The notes below the pieces were generated by a model. It was not told where the DNA came from, made no database searches, and saw only the letters and a list, made by a program, of their open reading frames with translations. Shown one piece after another: positions 36,097 through 46,242 of a stretch of 64,000 bases of DNA. The DNA is from Spirochaetaceae bacterium (GTDB lineage Bacteria > Spirochaetota > Spirochaetia > DSM-2461). The stretch covers positions 32,001 through 96,000 of the forward strand of contig JAOPTT010000004.1 of NCBI GenBank assembly GCA_051531975.1, read 5' to 3'. Every line of letters starts with the position of its first letter. Position 1 is the first letter of the stretch. A program made the translations under genes and the position numbers.

Positions 36097-37530
36097 ATGA
36101 TAACAAGATATGTACCCATGGGTCTACTTTGTATTATAGTTTTTTTTGGCTGTAGTACTATAGAGATTGAAGAAAAAGTAGAAACTATACCAGAACCTAA
36201 AAAAATTGTAATAGAAATCGAACCAGTACCACTTTTACAACAAGTAGAAGATCTTTTAAATGAATATAATAATGATCCCAAGTTACTACTGAATACATTA
36301 CTTAAAATAGTTCCATCTGATAATTTTGAATATAACCAGTTGATATCTAGACTTTATCTCTCTACAGCAAAATACAACGACGCATTAGAGGCAATTTATA
36401 ATATTCCTGAATTTCAAAAGGATTTAAATAATCTTGAGGTTATTGTTATGTGTCAGTTAGCTTTACTGCAGGATTACACTCCTACTTTAGAAGTTATGTT
36501 AGGTCTTGATAAAAAAAATATTTTTGCACTAAATTATTTAGCGAGCTACCAAATCCAACAGGATGATTTGGATAAAGCTGAAAATAATCTTTTTGAAGTC
36601 TATTATCAAGATTCAGAAAATAGTATGGCCCTGGTTTTAATGGGGGATTTAGCCCTTAAGCGTGTTGAAAAAATGGGGTTAAGAAATAAAAAGGTTTTAA
36701 GTCAAAGAGAAGAGAAATCTATAACGGCTTTATATAATAGAACTCTACAGCTTTATTTAAAGGCTGGTGATTCAAATAATCCATCTTACTATGTAAAACT
36801 TAGTAATGTTTATAACAAACTAGGTAATAAATTAGATGCAATTAATTCGTTGGATCGAGCTATAAAGTTGGACAGTACCGATATATGGAATTATTATGAT
36901 CGAGGAAAGCTTTTTTTCTATACAAATTCTTATGAAAAAGCACTACAAGATTTTAATGTTGCATATTCAATCGATCCTGAACATTTTTTTACAAATGTCT
37001 TTTTAGGTAGGGTTAATTATAGTCTTAATAATTCCAAGGATGCCCTCTTTCATTATTCTAAAGCTCTTAAAATCAACCCAAACTATACTCCTGCATATAA
37101 AGAGGTTAGTATTTTATATTACATTTCTGGGGATAAGGAGAGATCTCTAGACTATTTAATTCGGTTATATAAAAGTAAAAAAGATAGAGATCCTTTTCTG
37201 CCATTGTTCCTTGTAAATTCTCTCTTTGAATCAGGCAAAGATGATGAAGCTAAAAAGTTATTACAAAATCTTGTCAAATATGAAAAAAACAGTACAATGA
37301 AAGGGATTTATAAATATTATCTAGACCCTAGACGAACAGGGGATCGAGTACTTAATAATGCTATGAACGTTGAAGATGATAACAGCCGTTTGAGGTTTTC
37401 TTATTATGTCTCATATGCATTAATCCGTGAGGGAGTTTCTTCCCTCTCTGAAACTCTTCTAAGAGAGGTCTTAGAATCTGGTATCGATTTTGAATCAAAA
37501 TTAGCTATGTATAAACTAGGAGAAATATAA
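36097..37530 (+). CDS. TPR-repeat lipoprotein
   Basis: Lipobox FFGC; multiple TPRs (YYDRGKLFF..KALQDF; ALKINPNY). Confidence 0.85.
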   Translation: MITRYVPMGLLCIIVFFGCSTIEIEEKVETIPEPKKIVIEIEPVPLLQQVEDLLNEYNNDPKLLLNTLLKIVPSDNFEYNQLISRLYLSTAKYNDALEAIYNIPEFQKDLNNLEVIVMCQLALLQDYTPTLEVMLGLDKKNIFALNYLASYQIQQDDLDKAENNLFEVYYQDSENSMALVLMGDLALKRVEKMGLRNKKVLSQREEKSITALYNRTLQLYLKAGDSNNPSYYVKLSNVYNKLGNKLDAINSLDRAIKLDSTDIWNYYDRGKLFFYTNSYEKALQDFNVAYSIDPEHFFTNVFLGRVNYSLNNSKDALFHYSKALKINPNYTPAYKEVSILYYISGDKERSLDYLIRLYKSKKDRDPFLPLFLVNSLFESGKDDEAKKLLQNLVKYEKNSTMKGIYKYYLDPRRTGDRVLNNAMNVEDDNSRLRFSYYVSYALIREGVSSLSETLLREVLESGIDFESKLAMYKLGEI

Positions 37531-38736
37531 ATGAGTAACGAAGTTATAGTAATAAAAGAGGGCGATACTATTACCCGCGTTAATATAGGTGATAGGGAGA
37601 TATGTCTAATTGGTACTGCCCATGTTTCTGCTGAAAGTGTTGCTGAGGTCGAGAGAGTTATCTCGGAAGAGAAACCAGACCATGTATGTGTTGAAATTGA
37701 TGCCACTAGATATAAATCAATGACACAACATCAATCTTGGAAAGATATGAATATTGTTAAAATCATTAAAGAGCAAAAAAGCTTTGTAGTATTAGCAAAT
37801 CTAATGTTATCTTCTTTCCAAAAAAGAATGGGTTCATCGGTTGGTATGAAGCCAGGAGAAGATATGAAAGCAGCAATTGATGTTGCAGAAAAAGAAGGTA
37901 TACCATTCTCTTTTAGTGATCGAGACATTCAAGTAACTCTGAATAGAGCTTGGCGTAAAAGTAGTTTTTGGGATAAAAATAAGGTCCTGGCTGTTCTGAT
38001 TTCATCTGCTTTCTCAGGTGAAGAAGCTAGTGCAGAAGATATTGAGAATTTAAAAGATCGAAATGAACTAGAAGGTATGATGGATGAACTTGCTAAAGAG
38101 CTACCTAAAGTAAAAGAAGTTCTTATTGATGAGAGAGATCAATATTTAGCAGTATCAGCATTTGATAGACCAGAGAAAAAGGTTGTTTCTGTTGTTGGAG
38201 CAGGTCATGTCCCTGGTATGATTCGTTGGTTTGAAGATTTAGAAAGTAAAAAGAAGACAAATGATGTTTCAGAAATATCTCATGTTCCTCCAAAATCAAA
38301 GTTATCTAAGGCACTGCCTTTTATATTACCTATAATAATAATTGCCTTAATTACTGCTGGATTTATCTTTAATGGTGCAGATGTAGGTTTTGAAATGATA
38401 AGACAATGGGTTTTAACTAATGGAGTTTTATCTGCATTAGGATCAATAATTGCTTTAGGCCACCCTTTAACTATATTGGCTGCTTTTGTTTCTGCTCCAA
38501 TTACGTCGTTGAACCCAATGATAGGTGTTGGAATTGTGACAGGTATTGTAGAAACAGCTTTAAGAAAACCAAGAGTAGAGGACTTTGAGACATTAACAGA
38601 GGACGTTTCCAGTATTAAAACTTGGTACAAAAATAGAGTTTTACGAATTCTCCTAGTTGTTGCCCTATCATCTTTTGGTAGTGTAGCCGGAACATGGATC
38701 GGCGGAGCATTTATTGCAGCTGTTTTTGGTGGATAA
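37531..38736 (+). CDS. TraB/GumN (pheromone-shutdown-like) family membrane protein
   Basis: IGTAHVS..S, VCVEID..R, PGEDM, DRDI..TL.R, LIDERD, VVGAGH; C-terminal TMs. Confidence 0.9.
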   Translation: MSNEVIVIKEGDTITRVNIGDREICLIGTAHVSAESVAEVERVISEEKPDHVCVEIDATRYKSMTQHQSWKDMNIVKIIKEQKSFVVLANLMLSSFQKRMGSSVGMKPGEDMKAAIDVAEKEGIPFSFSDRDIQVTLNRAWRKSSFWDKNKVLAVLISSAFSGEEASAEDIENLKDRNELEGMMDELAKELPKVKEVLIDERDQYLAVSAFDRPEKKVVSVVGAGHVPGMIRWFEDLESKKKTNDVSEISHVPPKSKLSKALPFILPIIIIALITAGFIFNGADVGFEMIRQWVLTNGVLSALGSIIALGHPLTILAAFVSAPITSLNPMIGVGIVTGIVETALRKPRVEDFETLTEDVSSIKTWYKNRVLRILLVVALSSFGSVAGTWIGGAFIAAVFGG

Positions 38737-38839
38737 TCAACAAATTTATTAAGAATTAATTAAAACGCACATTTTCACCTTTTTTTAAGTAACAAAAATA
38801 TTATATAACTTTGTTATAACTAATTATAAAGGTGATTTT

Positions 38840-39883
38840 GTGAAGAAGATTTATATACAAACTCTAATATTTTTATCAATTCTGGTGAGTTGTAATAAAA
38901 ATGTTATAAATGAGGAAGACACTAAAGTTAATAGTACTGCTATTCCTATAACTGTTTTAACTGCGGAAATATCTAGTTTTTATGAATACGGTGAGTATTA
39001 TGGTAGAACCCAGGGTGTTAAAAGAGCATCAATTATTAATATTCTTGGTGGAACTGTTGAATCTGTAGAAGTTTCTGAAGGTGCTGTTGTTAAGAAAGGT
39101 GACTCATTAGCAAAGATCTCCCATAGAAGTTCAGAGATAGCGCTCCAGTCAGCACTGTTAAATGAAAAAATTAGCGCAGATAACTACTTAACTCTTAAAA
39201 AGTTTTTGAAAAGTGGTAACTCTACTCCAAAAAATGTAGATCAGGCACAACTAGCTTGGTTATCAAGTCAAACAGGGCTTATTAATGCTCAAAAAGCCTA
39301 CGATGCTTCATTCTGTATAAGCCCAATTGATGGTGTAGTTGTTACACGTAACATCAATGTAGAAGACGAGGTAATGCAGGGGCAAAATACATTTTTAATA
39401 GAAGACTTATCTATTATCGAGATTAATATCGGAATCCCAGAAGGTGATATGAACGGTATAAAAGAGGGGAGTAAGGCAAATGTAACCTTAGATCTATACC
39501 CAGGAAGAGTTTGGGATGGAGTCTTAACAAGGTTTTCTAGAAGAAGTTCAGATAAAAATCTTACATTTACAGCAACAATAATAATAGACAATAAAGATGG
39601 AAATATTTTATCTGGAACTACAGCTAAAGTTCAATTATTAAGAAATAGTTATGAAGATAATGTAATATTGCCCACCGATGTTGTAATAAATGAAAATGGT
39701 CAAAACTTCGTAATGGTATATAAAAATGGAATGGCTTATAAAAGAGATGTTGTCGTTGGTGTATCTAATGTTGAACGCTGTGTAATACTTAATGGAATAG
39801 AACCAGGTGAAGTTTTAGTTCAAGAGGGTCTTCATCTGCTTGTTGATTCTCAAGAAGTTATTGTTATGAACGAAGGTATATAG
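38840..39883 (+). CDS. RND efflux periplasmic adaptor (MFP)
   Basis: Lipobox LVSC, lipoyl halves GTVESVEVSEG..VKKGD / ISPIDGVV; upstream of an AcrB-like gene. Confidence 0.9.
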   Translation: MKKIYIQTLIFLSILVSCNKNVINEEDTKVNSTAIPITVLTAEISSFYEYGEYYGRTQGVKRASIINILGGTVESVEVSEGAVVKKGDSLAKISHRSSEIALQSALLNEKISADNYLTLKKFLKSGNSTPKNVDQAQLAWLSSQTGLINAQKAYDASFCISPIDGVVVTRNINVEDEVMQGQNTFLIEDLSIIEINIGIPEGDMNGIKEGSKANVTLDLYPGRVWDGVLTRFSRRSSDKNLTFTATIIIDNKDGNILSGTTAKVQLLRNSYEDNVILPTDVVINENGQNFVMVYKNGMAYKRDVVVGVSNVERCVILNGIEPGEVLVQEGLHLLVDSQEVIVMNEGI

Positions 39884-39884
39884 A

Positions 39885-42800
39885 GTGATTAAATTTCTAG
39901 TAAATAAATTTATACCAGTTCTGTGTTTTGCTATTCTTATAGTTATTATAGGTGTTAACGCTTATAATACCATTCCTAGAGAAGCTCAACCAGAAGTTAA
40001 AGTCCCTTGGATAATGGTTAATACATCTTATAGTGGAGTTGCTGCAAAAGATATTGAATCACTTATTACTTCAAAAATAGAGAATGAACTAGAAGGATTA
40101 GATGGACTTGAGAAAATAACATCTAGTACATATCAGAGTTACTCTTCTATTTTCCTGGAATTTTCTGCAGATACAACAGTGGAAAAAGCTCTAAGACTTA
40201 CTAAAGATCGGGTAGATGGTGTTAAAGGTGATTTACCAGAAGATTCTAGTGACCCATATGTTAAAGAGGTTTCCATGTCCGATTGGGCTCCTGTTTTAAC
40301 TATTGTGTTATCCCACCCTAAAGGTGTTGCAGTATTAGATAGTTATGCTAAAGAATTAAAAGAAAAGTTAAATGCTATAAACGGAGTACTAGAAACCGAT
40401 ATGTCTGGAGATCAGACTTGGGAGCTTGCTATAGAACTTGATCCTGATAAATTAGAGCATTATAATTTTAATATTGATAATGTTAAAAATGCTATAAGGG
40501 GAGAACATACTACAATTCCTGGAGGGATTCTTAGAAATAGTAAAAAGAGTTATTCATTATCAGTTACTGGAGAGATCAAAGATCCAAATTTATTTGGTGA
40601 TATTGTTGTAAGTAAAGAGGGAAGAAAAGTTAAATTAAAGGATTTAGGTGAAGTTATCTTTAAACCTGCTGCTCCAAATTCTTTTGCCAGAATAAATAAT
40701 AAAGCAGCCATTACATTAAATGTAAAAAAGAAAGTTGGTGCAAACGTAGTTGAACTTATTAAAAGAGCAAAATTAATTATCGAAAATATGGAATCCCAGC
40801 TACCTAAAGGTGGTGAAATAATAATTACATATGACGATTCTAAAATAATCGATTCCATGATTGCTGATTTAGAAAACAATATGTTTACAAGTATTATTTT
40901 AGTGTTATTTGTAACATTCCTATTTTTAGGAAAAACCAACTCTGTGTTTGTTTCGATAGCAATCCCTTTCTCTATGTTAATATCTTTTTTTGTTTTACAG
41001 CTAATGGGTATAACTTTAAATATGATGGTTCTTTTTAGTCTCATATTAGCCCTTGGAATGTTAGTAGATAACGGTATTGTTATAGTCGAAAATATTTTTA
41101 GGCATGGTGCTATGGGTAAAGATAGGAAACAAGCTGCAATTGACGGAACTAAAGAGGTTGCCGGTCCAATTATTGCGTCTACACTTACTACTTGTTTGGT
41201 ATTTTTTCCAATACTATTTATGCCAGGAATTATGGGTGAATTTATGTCTTTCATCCCTAAAACTGTGATTGTTGTTTTATTAGCATCATTGGGAGTAGGT
41301 CTATCTATAACGCCTGTTTTTTGTTCAAAGTTTTTACGAATCTCTGATACTTCATTAAAAAAGATGGTTGAAGGTGGTGGATTTTTTGGGACTATACAGT
41401 CGTGGTATTACAAACTATTAAATTATGCAATTCATAGATCTAAGAGGTTTATTATACTCTCTATTGTTATATGTTTATTAGGAGTTGGAGCCTATATTTT
41501 AAGAGGTGTTGATCCTACATTTTTCCCACCTATGGATCCAGGTCAAGTTAGAATTTCTATTGAGGCTCCAAATGGAAGTTCCATCGAAGAGACTGATAAA
41601 TTTGTAGAAAAAGTAGCAGGAATTGTCGCTACATCTAATACATCAATGGCAAGTTTTACCTCTAATACTAATAGTGGTGGTAAAGGGGCCATAACTGTCA
41701 ACTTTCTAGACTATAACGAAAGAGAAATTTCTGGAGAGGAAGGCCAAGTAACCCTGGCTGAAAATCTGAAAAATGTTACTGGGGCCAAAGTTGTTGTAGA
41801 AAGTGATACAGGAATGGGTGGAAATGATATCTCTTACCGTGTGATTGGAGATGAATATACAGTATTAGGTGACATTAGTAAAAAGTTGATAAATATTATT
41901 CAGTCTCATAACGAGGTAAAAATTGTAGATACTGACTATGAAGCTACTGAACCGGAATACTTAATAGAAGTAAATAGAGATAAAGCTGCATTTTATGGAC
42001 TTAATACTCAACAAGTCGCACTTACTATAAGAAATGCAATAAATGGTTCAACAGTAGGAAAGTATAGGGTCGGGGATGACGAATACGATATAAATGTTAG
42101 GTATAAAGATAGCGCAAGAAAGTCTATTGAAAATCTTCAGAATCTGCAGCTTACCATGGATGGGAAAAGAATTGCCTTAAGGAATATAGCAACTATAACA
42201 CCTGGAACTACAATTGGAGTTATTAAAAGAGAGGCTCAACAAAGAACTGTAAATGTTTATGGTAGTGTTAAAAAAGGTCTTACAAATACACAAGAAGTAT
42301 TAGGTGATATTAAAACAGAGATAGAAGAGATAAAAAAAACTCTTCCAGAAGGATATGATATTTTATTAGGGTCCGATGGAGAGATGCAAAATGAAGCTAC
42401 AGGGTTTTTAATACAGGCTTTTATTATTGCTGGTTTTTTAATTTTTATACTTTTAGTTGGTCAGTTTAATTCTATTGTAGATCCAATAATTAGTTTTACA
42501 GCATCTTTATTGGCTATTGGAGGAGTTTTTTGGGGCTTTGCAATATCTGGGATGAGTTTTGGAATTATAATGTCTGGTATCGGTTGTATATCACTTATAG
42601 GAGTAGCTGTTAATAACTGTATTGTTTTAGTCGATTATACAAACCTATTAATAAAAGATGGCATAGACTGGAAAATAGCAATTCCAGAAGCCGGGAAAAC
42701 TAGACTAAAGCCAGTTATATTAACAGCTCTTACAACAGTTTTAGCATTAATACCGATGGGTATTGGGATAAGCTTTGATTTAGGCTCTCTTGGAATACAG

Positions 42801-43004
42801 TGGGATTCTGAAAATGCAGCGATGTGGAAACCATTTGCTTGGGCAATGATGTTTGGTTTAACTTTCTCTACATTTTTGACATTAATTATTGTCCCAGTTA
42901 TGTTAAGTGTTAAACATAGTACTTTAGAAAAAATGAGAATAAAAAAAGAAGCGAGAAGAAACCTTTCAGAAGGAAATGAAATTAATAATGCATTTCAAAT
43001 ATAA
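39885..43004 (+). CDS. RND efflux permease (AcrB/AcrD/AcrF family)
   Basis: 1039 aa; GMLVDNGIVIVENI, GVAVNNCIVLVD, RLKPVILTALTT. Confidence 0.95.
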   Translation: MIKFLVNKFIPVLCFAILIVIIGVNAYNTIPREAQPEVKVPWIMVNTSYSGVAAKDIESLITSKIENELEGLDGLEKITSSTYQSYSSIFLEFSADTTVEKALRLTKDRVDGVKGDLPEDSSDPYVKEVSMSDWAPVLTIVLSHPKGVAVLDSYAKELKEKLNAINGVLETDMSGDQTWELAIELDPDKLEHYNFNIDNVKNAIRGEHTTIPGGILRNSKKSYSLSVTGEIKDPNLFGDIVVSKEGRKVKLKDLGEVIFKPAAPNSFARINNKAAITLNVKKKVGANVVELIKRAKLIIENMESQLPKGGEIIITYDDSKIIDSMIADLENNMFTSIILVLFVTFLFLGKTNSVFVSIAIPFSMLISFFVLQLMGITLNMMVLFSLILALGMLVDNGIVIVENIFRHGAMGKDRKQAAIDGTKEVAGPIIASTLTTCLVFFPILFMPGIMGEFMSFIPKTVIVVLLASLGVGLSITPVFCSKFLRISDTSLKKMVEGGGFFGTIQSWYYKLLNYAIHRSKRFIILSIVICLLGVGAYILRGVDPTFFPPMDPGQVRISIEAPNGSSIEETDKFVEKVAGIVATSNTSMASFTSNTNSGGKGAITVNFLDYNEREISGEEGQVTLAENLKNVTGAKVVVESDTGMGGNDISYRVIGDEYTVLGDISKKLINIIQSHNEVKIVDTDYEATEPEYLIEVNRDKAAFYGLNTQQVALTIRNAINGSTVGKYRVGDDEYDINVRYKDSARKSIENLQNLQLTMDGKRIALRNIATITPGTTIGVIKREAQQRTVNVYGSVKKGLTNTQEVLGDIKTEIEEIKKTLPEGYDILLGSDGEMQNEATGFLIQAFIIAGFLIFILLVGQFNSIVDPIISFTASLLAIGGVFWGFAISGMSFGIIMSGIGCISLIGVAVNNCIVLVDYTNLLIKDGIDWKIAIPEAGKTRLKPVILTALTTVLALIPMGIGISFDLGSLGIQWDSENAAMWKPFAWAMMFGLTFSTFLTLIIVPVMLSVKHSTLEKMRIKKEARRNLSEGNEINNAFQI

Positions 43005-43014
43005 GGACAATTAA

Positions 43015-44298
43015 ATGAAAAAAGTAATATGTTTGCTGTTTATACTACAGATTATAAATATATATGCAGAACCAATAGATATAAGTTTAGATACTGCATT
43101 AGATATGGCAACTAGGAATAATATCGATATAAAACGAGCAGTCCTAGAATTGGAAGGAAAAAGAAGAGGAAAAGACACTGCTTATAATGTATTTTTTCCT
43201 ACAATCTCTGGGAATACAGGCCTTTCTAGAAGCAATACTGAACCGTTAGAAAGTACAGGAATGACTGATACTAATTTCTTTGCAGGTTATACAGCCAGTT
43301 TCAGTTTTACCCCAGCTCTTTTTAATGCCATTACACTTTTGAAAAGAGATTATGAACTAGGTGAGATTACGTATGCTAAAGCTATAAAAAGTACAGAGAC
43401 AAATGTAAAAGAGATTTTTTATAACTTAATTCTATTAAAAGAACAAATATCTCTATTAGAGGATAATTTAAAAACAATAGAAAATAGGTATGAGCAGATG
43501 AAAATAAATTATTCTGGTGGCCTAGTTTCGGAATTAGAACTATTACAACTCCAGGTAAGTTTTGAAAACTTTAAACCAGAACTGAATACAGTGAATAATA
43601 CGTATAATTCAATACTTCTTAATTTTAAAACACTTCTTGGAATCCCTCTAGATCAGGAGATATCAATTATTGGGGAGATTGAGCCCGAGATTAATGAATT
43701 ATCAGCCAAAGATGCATTTGATCTTGCTTTATTAAACAATAAAGACTTACAAGCTGTTTATAAATACAAAGAGATATTTGAAGCACAAAAGAAGACAAAA
43801 AAAGCTCAGAATTTTTTACCTATTATAAATATTTCATACTCTGGGTCCACAATGTTAAACGATCCATTTGAAGATGATAGGTTTGATTTGGATAATTTTA
43901 CAGACGATGGAGGAGCCCTACAATTTTCAGTAGTATACTATTTTAATGCACTCTTCCCAAATAGTAAGGAGCGAATGGAAATAGAAGCTATTGATAGATC
44001 TATAGAGGATACAAATTTACAAAATGAAGCCTTGTCAGATGGTTTGAAATTACAGATTACAAATTATATTTCAATCCTAAATAACTCTGTTAAAATTCAA
44101 GAAGGATTAAAACTAACTGTATTATTAGCTAAAAAAAGTTTAGGGCAAGTTCAACAAGCATATGATGCTGGAACTACCCAGTTAATTGATGTAGAGAGCG
44201 CAGAAAATGAGTATAAAAAGTCTAGGTTAGAGCTGTTAAAAGAGAAATTTAACTATGCTAATAACCTAATTAGACTAGAAGCTATAATATTGCCTTAA
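43015..44298 (+). CDS. TolC-family outer-membrane efflux protein
   Basis: Signal peptide, two OEP repeats (YSGGLVSELELLQ; YDAGTTQLIDV); third gene of the RND operon. Confidence 0.88.
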   Translation: MKKVICLLFILQIINIYAEPIDISLDTALDMATRNNIDIKRAVLELEGKRRGKDTAYNVFFPTISGNTGLSRSNTEPLESTGMTDTNFFAGYTASFSFTPALFNAITLLKRDYELGEITYAKAIKSTETNVKEIFYNLILLKEQISLLEDNLKTIENRYEQMKINYSGGLVSELELLQLQVSFENFKPELNTVNNTYNSILLNFKTLLGIPLDQEISIIGEIEPEINELSAKDAFDLALLNNKDLQAVYKYKEIFEAQKKTKKAQNFLPIINISYSGSTMLNDPFEDDRFDLDNFTDDGGALQFSVVYYFNALFPNSKERMEIEAIDRSIEDTNLQNEALSDGLKLQITNYISILNNSVKIQEGLKLTVLLAKKSLGQVQQAYDAGTTQLIDVESAENEYKKSRLELLKEKFNYANNLIRLEAIILP

Positions 44299-45613
44299 TC
44301 GCGCTTTTAATGTTTTGAACCTCTCGTATATCTAGAGAGGTTTTTTTTGCTTTTTCTGGAGATATAAATGTTTTAAACCCCATGTCTTCACCTGTTTTTA
44401 TCCGTCTGTCTAGGTGTGGTACTGTTCTAATTTCTCCAGCCAATGATAGTTCTCCAGTTGAAACTATCCCATCTTTTATAGGTATATCAGTTCTAGATGA
44501 GTAAAGTGCTAAGGCTAAAGGCAGATCTATTCCTGTCTCTTTTACCTTAATTCCCCCAGCAATATTTACATAAATATCCCTATCGGAAAACTTAATTCCT
44601 GCATGTTTTTCTAAAATAGCGGCAACTCTAGATACTCTATTCATATCTACTTTATCACTAAAAATCCTAGATGATGTACCTTTTGCTGCAACAGTTAGTA
44701 CTTGTATTTCAATTAAAATTACCCTAGTTCCTTCTAGTGTTGCTCCAATAGATATTCCTGGAGGTAACCCTTGATCTCTTTTAGTTAAAAATACTCCAGA
44801 TGGGTCCTTTAACTCTATTAAGCCCTTTTCTTCCATTGAGAATAGTCCTACTTCATCAATTGAACCAAATCTATTTTTTACAGACCTTAATATTCTTATC
44901 TGGGAAGCTGAGTGATCAAAGTAAAGCACTGTATCAACCATATGTTCAACAACTTTAGGCCCTGCAATAATACCCTCTTTAGTAACGTGTGCAATAAAAA
45001 ATAGTGATGCTTCTAACTCTTTTGTCTCTTTAATTAATTGGCTACAACAATATTTTAACTGGTTAACACTACCTGGTATATTTCCAGCTTCATCACTTTG
45101 AAGTGTCTGTATTGAGTCTACAATTATTAGTTCAGGTTTCTCATTTTTAATAGTTTTTATGATTGTTTCAAAATGAGAATCGCAGAGTATACTAATGCCT
45201 TTACCTGATATGTTAAGCCTTTTAGCCCTAAGTTTTATCTGGTTTGCAGACTCTTCCCCAGAGATATACAATACTTTATGATTTTGATTGATTGAATCTG
45301 CTATTTGCAATAACAGAGTAGATTTTCCAATTCCTGGCTCTCCTCCAATTAATACCGAAGAACCCTTCATCAATCCGCCACCTAGAACCTGATCTACCTC
45401 TTTTATCCCAGTTTTGTATCTATATGAATCTTTAATTTCTATTTCATCTAAACTAACTGAGTTTTTAGATTTAACTTCAGTTCCTTTTGACGTTTTTGAT
45501 ACTTTATGTTCAGAAAAACTATTCCATTCTCCACACCCTGGGCACTTACCTAACCATTTACTCTCTTCTTGCCCACAATTGGTACAGAAAAATATTGTTT
45601 TATCTTTTGCCAA
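44282..45613 (-). CDS. radA: DNA repair protein RadA/Sms
   Basis: C4 zinc finger CTNCG..KWLGKCPGCGEW, GEPGIGKST, KNRFG, Lon-like C-terminus. Confidence 0.96.
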   Translation of the reverse strand: MAKDKTIFFCTNCGQEESKWLGKCPGCGEWNSFSEHKVSKTSKGTEVKSKNSVSLDEIEIKDSYRYKTGIKEVDQVLGGGLMKGSSVLIGGEPGIGKSTLLLQIADSINQNHKVLYISGEESANQIKLRAKRLNISGKGISILCDSHFETIIKTIKNEKPELIIVDSIQTLQSDEAGNIPGSVNQLKYCCSQLIKETKELEASLFFIAHVTKEGIIAGPKVVEHMVDTVLYFDHSASQIRILRSVKNRFGSIDEVGLFSMEEKGLIELKDPSGVFLTKRDQGLPPGISIGATLEGTRVILIEIQVLTVAAKGTSSRIFSDKVDMNRVSRVAAILEKHAGIKFSDRDIYVNIAGGIKVKETGIDLPLALALYSSRTDIPIKDGIVSTGELSLAGEIRTVPHLDRRIKTGEDMGFKTFISPEKAKKTSLDIREVQNIKSAIKAIL

Positions 45614-45627
45614 ACTAAACTCCTAAT

Positions 45628-46143
45628 TTATGATACAAACATATCCTGTTCAATTTCTAATAACTTCTGTTTTGCACTTAATCCACCTGCATAACCAACT
45701 AATTTACCATCACTACCTATAATCCTGTGACACGGAACTATAATTGATATTGCATTTGCACCATTAGCATTTGCTACAGCTCTTACAGCCTTCTCATTTT
45801 CAATTTTTTTAGCAAGGTTTAAGTAAGATACTACAGAACCAAATGGTATTGTTATTAAAGATTCCCATACCTGCTTTTGAAAAGTTGTTCCTACAAGTAG
45901 TAAGGGGATATCAAATGTTTTTCGTTTATAGTTAAAATATTCATCTAACTGTTTGATTGTCTCTCTGATTATAGGGGTTTCTTCTAATATAAATTCAGCA
46001 TTTAGACCATTTTTTATTCTATTATCAACAGTGTCTCTCATTTTTCTGTATCGCCAGTCACATAGGCATATTTTACCGTCATATGAACCTAGAATTAGTT
46101 CCCCAGCTTTTGACTTATAATAACTGATTTTGATATCTTCCAT
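45628..46143 (-). CDS. ogt: Methylated-DNA-protein-cysteine methyltransferase
   Basis: GTTFQKQVW, AVRAVA, IIVPCHRII, GYAGG. Start uncertain (46143 or 46164). Confidence 0.93.
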   Translation of the reverse strand: MEDIKISYYKSKAGELILGSYDGKICLCDWRYRKMRDTVDNRIKNGLNAEFILEETPIIRETIKQLDEYFNYKRKTFDIPLLLVGTTFQKQVWESLITIPFGSVVSYLNLAKKIENEKAVRAVANANGANAISIIVPCHRIIGSDGKLVGYAGGLSAKQKLLEIEQDMFVS

Positions 46144-46242
46144 ATTAATAGCATATAATAACAAACGGTATAGATATAGTATATTCTAATAAAACATAGT
46201 TAAACATTTGTTTTGAGGCGTAATAAATATTATAGTTTATAT

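Noticed and set aside
37531..38736. TraB as a sign of a conjugative element
   Set aside because: It is the TraB/GumN protease-like family, a common chromosomal gene; no T4SS or relaxase genes are nearby.
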